Shown here: positions 56,480-62,071 of the stretch, one piece after another
Layout: each line of letters begins with the position of its first letter
Numbering within the stretch: position 1 is the stretch's first letter
Assembly (NCBI GenBank): GCA_045648585.1
Contig: JAZROI010000106.1
Location: forward strand, 1 to 62,071
DNA length: 62,071 nt
From: Acutalibacteraceae bacterium
Lineage (GTDB): Bacteria; Bacillota; Clostridia; Oscillospirales; Acutalibacteraceae
Direction: 5' to 3'
Position numbers and translations under genes: made by a program
Notes under the pieces: generated by a model
Databases searched by the model: none
What the model was told of the DNA's origin: nothing
Seen by the model: the letters and a program-made list of their open reading frames with translations, nothing else

Positions 56480-57244
56480 ATGATTAACTGCAATGTTATT
56501 GCGCATAGAGGGGCTAATTTAGTAGCACCCCAGAATACTCTTGAAGCGTTCAGAAAATCAATGGAAATCGGTTGTGACGGCTTCGAAACTGATATTCATC
56601 TCACAAAAGACGGTATTCCCGTTGTTTGTCATAACTTTACAATAGATGAAACCTCAAACGGCGTAGGTGCTATTAAGGATATGACTCTTGAGGAGCTTCG
56701 TGAGTTTGATTTCGGTAAATATAAAGGCCCCGAGTTCGAAGGCACTAAAATTCCCACGTTAGACGAATTCCTTTCTTTAAGCGAGGAAATGGGCGACAAA
56801 ATGAAGGTGCTTGATATTGAGCTTAAAAGTGAGCATTTCGGTCAAGCGGGTACAGAGCTTGCCGAGAAAACTATCAATGCAGTAAAAGAGCACGGCCTTT
56901 TCGATAAGCTTCTTATTTCAAGCTTTGACCCTGCAATTCTCGTTGTATGTAAAAAAATTGATAAGGCGTGTAAAACGGGTATTCTTTATAGCCCTGACAG
57001 ACTTATTTCCGTAAAAATAGGTGCTCGTCCTGTAAGCTTTGCAAAGGAAATCGGTGCAGATGCTCTTCACCCTTATCATATGTACGTTACAAGGCTTTAC
57101 GTTGAGCGTGCTCACAGAGCAGGTATTCAGGTTAACCCTTGGACAGTAAACAAGGAAAATACTGCAAAGCATCTTATTAAATTAGGCGTAGACGGTATTA
57201 TAACGGATGATGCGGGCCTTATGAATAAACTTCTTGAAAAATGA
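56480..57244 (+). CDS. Glycerophosphodiester phosphodiesterase
   Basis: IAHRGAN...PQNTLEAF...ETDIHLTKDG.PVV.HN GDPD signature. Confidence 0.85.
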   Translation: MINCNVIAHRGANLVAPQNTLEAFRKSMEIGCDGFETDIHLTKDGIPVVCHNFTIDETSNGVGAIKDMTLEELREFDFGKYKGPEFEGTKIPTLDEFLSLSEEMGDKMKVLDIELKSEHFGQAGTELAEKTINAVKEHGLFDKLLISSFDPAILVVCKKIDKACKTGILYSPDRLISVKIGARPVSFAKEIGADALHPYHMYVTRLYVERAHRAGIQVNPWTVNKENTAKHLIKLGVDGIITDDAGLMNKLLEK

Positions 57245-57247
57245 CCT

Positions 57248-57273
57248 AAAGCAAAGCTTCGGCTTTGCTTTTT
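57248..57273 (+). terminator. Intrinsic terminator
   Basis: Stem AAAGCAAAGC / GCTTTGCTTT, loop TTCG, T run. Confidence 0.8.
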
Positions 57274-57348
57274 CATTTGAAAATACTTGTATTAAGTTTT
57301 AATAAGTGGTATTATTATTTTTGTAGACTTAAACGGAAGTGTTATTGA

Positions 57349-58524
57349 ATGACAGATTTATTGAAATCATTGCGTACATGGGTTGAAATAGACCTTGATG
57401 CTCTTGATTATAACTTTAACTGTGTAAAAGAATCATTACCTCAAAATATAAAAATGTTAGCTGTGGTTAAAGCAAATGCTTACGGTCACGGTGCTGTTAA
57501 GGTTGCAAAATTTCTTGAGAATAAGGCTGATTACCTTGCGGTTGCCGCAACCGACGAGGCTTTAGAGATAAGAAAAAGCGGTGTTAATTCACCTATTCTT
57601 CTTTTAGGCCATATTCCTTACGGCGATTACGATAACGTTGTAAAATATGATTTTACACCTACCGTTTCAGATTTTACAGAAGCAAAGCTTCTTTCCGATA
57701 GTGCTGTAAAGCTTAAAAAAGAAGCAAAGCTTCATATAGCGGTAGATACGGGTATGTCAAGAATTGGCTTTGCTGATTGCGATGAATCTATTGATGAAAT
57801 CAAAAAAATAAAACAGCTTCCCAACGTTACTATTGAAGGTGTTTTCAGTCATTTTGCTGCGGCAGATATAACCGATAAAGCCTATACAGAAATGCAGATT
57901 TCACGTTTTGACAGTTTTACCGAAAAGCTTGAAAAAGCAGGGGTAAATATTCCAATTAAGCATTTCTATAACAGTGCAGGTATTGCAGATTTAGATAGTA
58001 AATATAATATGGTGCGTCAGGGTATTATTTTATACGGCTTAAACCCCTCTGACGAGGTTGAGTATAAAAATATTGAAAAGCCCCGCCCTGTAATGAGTAT
58101 GAAAACAAGAGTTGTTCAGGTGAAAACCGTACCTGAAAACACAAGCATCAGCTACGGTTGTACTTACAAAACAAATGCACCTACAAGAGTTGCAACTCTT
58201 TGCGCAGGCTATGCCGACGGTGTGCCGAGGCTTCTTTCTAATAACGGTGAAGTCCTTATAAGAGGAAGGCGTGCAAGGATTTTAGGAAGAGTTTGTATGG
58301 ATCAGTTTATGGTAGACGTTACCAATATCCCTGAAACAGAGGTAGGCGACACCGCAACAATTTTCGGTAAAGACGGTGACGATTTTATTTCAGTTGACGT
58401 AATTGCGGAAAAAGCAGGTACAATCAACTACGAAATCGTTTGCGATATTAACAGTCGTGTTTCAAGAGTTTATATGAAAAACGGTGAAGCAGAAAGCGTA
58501 TTCTGCTATTTGCCACACGAATAA
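57349..58524 (+). CDS. alr: Alanine racemase
   Basis: 391 aa with the PLP-Lys motif VVKANAYGHG and the typical C-terminal beta domain. Confidence 0.92.
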   Translation: MTDLLKSLRTWVEIDLDALDYNFNCVKESLPQNIKMLAVVKANAYGHGAVKVAKFLENKADYLAVAATDEALEIRKSGVNSPILLLGHIPYGDYDNVVKYDFTPTVSDFTEAKLLSDSAVKLKKEAKLHIAVDTGMSRIGFADCDESIDEIKKIKQLPNVTIEGVFSHFAAADITDKAYTEMQISRFDSFTEKLEKAGVNIPIKHFYNSAGIADLDSKYNMVRQGIILYGLNPSDEVEYKNIEKPRPVMSMKTRVVQVKTVPENTSISYGCTYKTNAPTRVATLCAGYADGVPRLLSNNGEVLIRGRRARILGRVCMDQFMVDVTNIPETEVGDTATIFGKDGDDFISVDVIAEKAGTINYEIVCDINSRVSRVYMKNGEAESVFCYLPHE

Positions 58525-58531
58525 GACAGAA

Positions 58532-58559
58532 AAAACCACCCGAAATTTCGGGTGGTTTT
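58532..58559. terminator. Bidirectional intrinsic terminator
   Basis: Stem AAAACCACCCGAAA / TTTCGGGTGGTTTT. Confidence 0.9.
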
Positions 58560-58575
58560 GTTATTGTTAATTTAA

Positions 58576-60381
58576 TTACATATCACCGAAGCCGGCACCG
58601 CCAAATAAGATGTAGAACAATTTGCTTAATACTTCAACGATTTGAGCTAATGCATTGCCGAAATCCATATAAGCGCCGTTTTCCTTAGGTGCTTCGTTGA
58701 TTTCGCCGTTTTCGTATTTTTCAACCTTATCACAAACGCTGTAGAAGTTTGCCTTTGCAGCTTCAAAGCTGTTTATGTCAACTGCGGTCTGGTCAAGAGC
58801 TTCTTCAGCCTGAGCGATTGCCTCTTCAAGCTCTGCTTTTAACTCGGGTGAAAGCTTGCTTGTATCGTAAGCCTTCATTTTTTCAACGTCACGCATAAGA
58901 CCCTTTGAGTTTCTGCCTACGTTAAACTGAGGGAATCTGTCAGGATATGAGTGAACGCTTGTGAAGTTGTTGTCAGTAAGGATAGCCGCCGCAAGCTTCA
59001 TAATAACGTCGTTAGAGCCTGTTTTTTCATGATCCTGATTGTAGAAATAGAATGTTGTTTCAGGAAGAAGACCTGTGCAAACGTCTACGATACCGTTGGG
59101 GTCTGTGTGGTCATGGTTCTGAGGGTCTTCACAGTTAGAGTGAGTAGGAACGTAATCAGCGGGAAGCTTTTTGTCAACACCTAAGCTGAAAGCACCCATT
59201 GAGGTTGAGTCAAGCTGAATAATACCGTCAGCATTAACGTCATCATAAGAGTCAACTAACTGATAAAGAGGATAGTTGTAGTCAACAACGTCAAAAATCT
59301 CAACACCGTCAGCCTTTGCCTGAAGAATGTTAGCATCTGAATTGCACTGTGCTTCGTAATACCAGTCTGCCTGAGCTAAGATATTTTCAAGACCCTCGTC
59401 AAGAAGATACATTTCTCTGCAAGCAGGGTAGTTGCCAGAGGGGCAAAGTCCCCAAAGAAGAGTTGAATATCTCATATAATCTTCAATAAGAACTTTAACT
59501 GCAACGTCGAGAATGTTATTAATATCTGCGTTAGGCAAGATTCTGAGAATGATGTTTACAAGGTAGCTCATCATATCGTCTTCGCCCATAAGTGCAGGGA
59601 ACATTGTGTTGTAAAGCTCGTAGCTGTCGTCAAGAAGACCGTACTGATAAATTTCACCAACGAGTATAGAGCCGTCAAGAGCAGGTACAATGTAAAGAAT
59701 TCTGTGAATATCTTCAGCAACGCTTCTGCCGTTATCAGCATAAATCTGTAAAAGTGCGTTTGCAACAGAACCGCCCTGGCTGATAGGAACGATGTTTACC
59801 TTATCAGAGCCTGAATCGGCTTTTACAAACTGAATGAAATCGTAAAGCTCCTGAGCAGTGTCAATCATATTGCCTAATGAAGCATATGAGAAGAAATAAA
59901 GATTTTCTTCACCTGCGATATCGATATATTGCTGTAAGGGAATCTGGTCAAGAATATAATCCTGATCGTATGTTGAAAGATCTCTGAAGCTGTCGTTGTA
60001 TTTTGTAGCACGGATATCGTGAACAAACTTACCGTTTTCATCGCAACGGCTCTTTTCAAGAAGAACTTCACCTAAAAGGTCTGCAACTGCATAAGCTGCC
60101 TGTTCATCTTTATCCTCTTGATTAATAAGAAGATTTCCGATAGGAACGAGAGCGTCTGAAAGAGCCATACCTACGATATCAAGGGTATCGTCCATAAAGA
60201 AGGGCGCATTTGTCTGAACCTTTGCACCTTCGTAGTACTTTGTTTCGCTCTGGAAAATGCCGGGGATTACGATAGAGGGGATGTACTCGTTAGCAGTAGC
60301 AGCCTGAGCTGCAGCAGAACAGCACATTACGGACATAATAACCGCAAGCACCAAAGCAAGAGCCTTTTTTGATTTTTTCAT
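58576..60381 (-). CDS. Secreted alpha/beta-hydrolase (lipase/esterase-like) protein
   Basis: 601 aa. Signal peptide ...AAAQAATA. Nucleophile-elbow-like VPISQGGS. The family assignment is tentative. Confidence 0.55.
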   Translation of the reverse strand: MKKSKKALALVLAVIMSVMCCSAAAQAATANEYIPSIVIPGIFQSETKYYEGAKVQTNAPFFMDDTLDIVGMALSDALVPIGNLLINQEDKDEQAAYAVADLLGEVLLEKSRCDENGKFVHDIRATKYNDSFRDLSTYDQDYILDQIPLQQYIDIAGEENLYFFSYASLGNMIDTAQELYDFIQFVKADSGSDKVNIVPISQGGSVANALLQIYADNGRSVAEDIHRILYIVPALDGSILVGEIYQYGLLDDSYELYNTMFPALMGEDDMMSYLVNIILRILPNADINNILDVAVKVLIEDYMRYSTLLWGLCPSGNYPACREMYLLDEGLENILAQADWYYEAQCNSDANILQAKADGVEIFDVVDYNYPLYQLVDSYDDVNADGIIQLDSTSMGAFSLGVDKKLPADYVPTHSNCEDPQNHDHTDPNGIVDVCTGLLPETTFYFYNQDHEKTGSNDVIMKLAAAILTDNNFTSVHSYPDRFPQFNVGRNSKGLMRDVEKMKAYDTSKLSPELKAELEEAIAQAEEALDQTAVDINSFEAAKANFYSVCDKVEKYENGEINEAPKENGAYMDFGNALAQIVEVLSKLFYILFGGAGFGDM

Positions 60382-60620
60382 AATAACATTCCTTTCGAAT
60401 GAGTTATTTTATACGGAAAAATTATAACAGTTTATTTTGTTTTTGTAAACTATTTATAAAGAAAAAGAACATGAAAATTTATATAAAAAATTCTTTTTAA
60501 AATTTTAGGGCGAAAAAACAAAGTTTTTTATATGCAACCTGAGGTTGCTAAAATTTAAATTGCAATTGATAGACAGAAAAAATGATTTATGGTAGGATTT
60601 ACACAAAGGAGATGATAGCT

Positions 60621-61259
60621 TTGACAAGCTTCGGTGAAAGAATTTACGAGTTAAGAAATAAAAATAATATGTCCCAAGGGGATTTAGCTAATAAGCTTGA
60701 CGTTTCAAGACAAACTATATCAAAATGGGAAAATAATATGTGTCTGCCTGAAACTGAAAAGCTTGTTCAGTTAAGCGAAATATTTAATATTTCCATAGAT
60801 TATATATTAAAAGGTGAAGAAAAAACAGAAAAGGAATATGTATACGTTAAAGAAGACGATTTTCAGAATACATCTGCATATAACGAGAGGATTATAAGAA
60901 AATATGTTGGTATAGTTCTTGCGGTAGTGTTTTCAACTATAACGGTTGCTCTTTTGATTATGGGTGGCACTGTTTTAGCTATAATACCCGGTGCGGTGGC
61001 GCTACTCGGTGTGCTTCTTGCCAAAGACGTTAAACATCCGTGGCTATCAGTATGCTGGCTTGCTTATATAGTTTCTGTTGTAACGTTGCCGTTTTTTACA
61101 GTTATAAGTCCGTTTATGATTTTCGACCCCATTATATATACCGAGGGTTACGTAGGGCATTTGATTATAACCTTCGGTTTGTGGTTGATTTTAGCAATTC
61201 TTATTGTTTTAACGGTGAGGGCGAAAAAGAAAGGTTCTCTTAAAATAAACAGTAAATAG
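60621..61259 (+). CDS. XRE-family HTH domain fused to a polytopic membrane domain
   Basis: FGERIYELRNKNNMSQGDLANKLDVSRQTISKWEN HTH followed by about 4 TM helices. TTG start at 60621 lies 9 nt after AAGGAG. The upstream ATGs at 60582 and 60612 lack proper RBS spacing. Confidence 0.7.
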   Translation: MTSFGERIYELRNKNNMSQGDLANKLDVSRQTISKWENNMCLPETEKLVQLSEIFNISIDYILKGEEKTEKEYVYVKEDDFQNTSAYNERIIRKYVGIVLAVVFSTITVALLIMGGTVLAIIPGAVALLGVLLAKDVKHPWLSVCWLAYIVSVVTLPFFTVISPFMIFDPIIYTEGYVGHLIITFGLWLILAILIVLTVRAKKKGSLKINSK

Positions 61260-61265
61260 AAATTA

Positions 61266-61337
61266 AGTGAAGAGTGAAAAAACCGAATTCAATTTAATGA
61301 AGAATGAATGATGAATAATGAAAAATGAATAATAAAA
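61266..61337. repeat. Degenerate heptanucleotide tracts (AGTGAAN x2, then RATGAAN x6)
   Basis: AGTGAAG AGTGAAA at 61266-61279. AATGAAG AATGAAT GATGAAT AATGAAA AATGAAT AATAAAA at 61296-61337. Confidence 0.8.
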
Positions 61338-61340
61338 CGA

Positions 61341-61371
61341 AAATCCGCTCTCTTACGAGAACGGATTTTCG
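61341..61371. terminator. Intrinsic terminator between the XRE-TM gene and tRNA-Thr
   Basis: Imperfect stem AATCCGCTCTC / GAGAACGGATT with flanking A and T runs. Confidence 0.6.
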
Positions 61372-61373
61372 TT

Positions 61374-61449
61374 TGGAGCTGATAACCGGATTCGAACCGG
61401 TGACCTCATCCTTACCAAGGATGCACTCTACCACCTGAGCTATATCAGC
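61374..61449 (-). tRNA. tRNA-Thr (anticodon GGT), CCA encoded
   Basis: 76-nt cloverleaf built by hand. Acceptor GCTGATA/TATCAGC, anticodon loop TTGGTAA, T-arm ACCGG-TTCGAAT-CCGGT. Confidence 0.9.
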
Positions 61450-61578
61450 AAACTTAACTTAATAAGCAAATGATATTATACATATACTTGCCTTTGTTGT
61501 CAAGTTGTTTTTTGTTTTAATGAATACAAAAATTTGATGGGTTAAAGAAAAAATATTATAATTTAAAGCGTAGCTTTA

Positions 61579-61803
61579 CCTCCCTGTACACCGCAGGTGT
61601 ATAGGGAGGGGAACCGTTGCCGTAGGCAATGGTGGAGGGTAGTTCTCTAACTCATTAGGTTTATGCGGATAAAAAAATATATTTATCATTCTACATATAT
61701 AAATTTTAGTATTGTTAAAAATAAACCTGAGACGTAAGTGAACTACCCACCACCAAAAGCGGAGCTTTTGGTCCCCCTCCCTATCCGCCAAAGCGGACAG
61801 GGA
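61579..61803. repeat. 225-bp composite palindromic element: two ~65-bp inverted arms, each with two hairpins, flanking an AT-rich core
   Basis: Left arm has hairpin A (61579-61609, 14 bp), hairpin B (61614-61632) and IR-L GGTGGAGGGTAGTTC (61631-45). Right arm has IR-R GAACTACCCACCACC (61740-54), hairpin C (61753-71) and hairpin D (61778-61803). Confidence 0.8.
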
Positions 61804-61836
61804 TGAAAGGCTTCGCAAAGCTTTAAGTTTCTTCTC

Positions 61837-61920
61837 TCTGCGAAGCGACTGGCGACTGGTGACTGTTGACTGGTAACTGACGACTGGTGACTAATAATGC
61901 CGTCGCAGACCCTTTTCTAT
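61837..61920. repeat. Second copy (inverted) of the GTCTGCGA(A/C)G...CGCAGACC hairpin module, with seven GACTGGN heptads in the loop
   Basis: TCTGCGAAGCG (61837-47), heptads GACTGGC GACTGGT GACTGTT GACTGGT AACTGAC GACTGGT GACTAAT (61847-95), then CGTCGCAGACCCTTTTCT (61901-18). Confidence 0.75.
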
Positions 61921-61977
61921 TATCTATTCTATATTATCTTTTATCTATTATCTTGCGAATCCTCTGCCATCTTTAAT

Positions 61978-62055
61978 TGCGATATACAAGCAGGGCTTGT
62001 GCGATATATTTTGTTATACAAAATGCGATATATTTCGCTACGCTCAATGCGATAT
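61978..62055. repeat. Four direct TGCGATAT repeats at 22-24 bp spacing (iteron-like); the array may continue beyond the window
   Basis: Copies start at 61978, 62000, 62024 and 62048. An AT-rich TATTATCT-repeat tract precedes them at 61916-61955. Confidence 0.7.
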
Positions 62056-62071
62056 GATATAAATCCTTACT

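Noticed and set aside
61661-61675. DnaA-box-like TTATCCGCA (minus strand) in the AT-rich core of the palindromic element
   Set aside because: It is a single 8-of-9 match with no cluster of boxes and no dnaA/dnaN nearby, which is insufficient to call an origin.
61576-61818. 80-aa minus-strand ORF over the palindromic element
   Set aside because: The translation is low complexity (WWW, PPP runs), there is no RBS, and the region is better explained by nested inverted repeats.

Overview
A 62 kb chromosomal window from a low-GC (about 40%) Firmicute. It is probably a Clostridia / Ruminococcus-like organism, because a secreted protein carries a dockerin module.

Most of the window is housekeeping:
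- metG, tatD and cca
- a complete arginine operon, argG-H-C-J-B-D-F
- an F1Fo ATP synthase operon
- alr, mgtE and a PiT phosphate transporter
- tRNA-Pro(GGG) and tRNA-Thr(GGT)

These are interleaved with carbohydrate-active genes and regulators:
- two GH2 genes and one GH38 gene
- a cluster of Gfo/Idh/MocA oxidoreductases and TIM-barrel proteins
- three metallophosphoesterases
- a 1268-aa repeat-rich surface protein
- three small XRE regulators

I saw no CRISPR array, rRNA, transposase, integrase or recognisable defence genes.

The most interesting items, in my order:
1. A 50-codon SCIFF-type Cys-rich RiPP precursor that is missing from the ORF track. It is followed by an attenuator hairpin and its radical-SAM/SPASM maturase.
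2. An ATP synthase operon in which a b-like helix, the delta C-terminal domain and alpha form one 736-codon ORF, and epsilon lacks its C-terminal domain.
3. A roughly 250-nt structured mgtE leader with a terminator/antiterminator and an anti-SD element, which does not look like an M-box.
4. A structurally ornate non-coding region next to tRNA-Thr at the window end. It holds a 225-bp palindromic element with hairpins that keep pairing while differing in sequence, 7-nt periodic tracts that share a hairpin module with a second locus, and iteron-like repeats.
5. Two metabolic loci of unclear substrate.

Two genes (czcD-like and argG) carry single-nucleotide frameshifts. These could be assembly errors, and that possibility also weakens confidence in the ATP synthase fusion.
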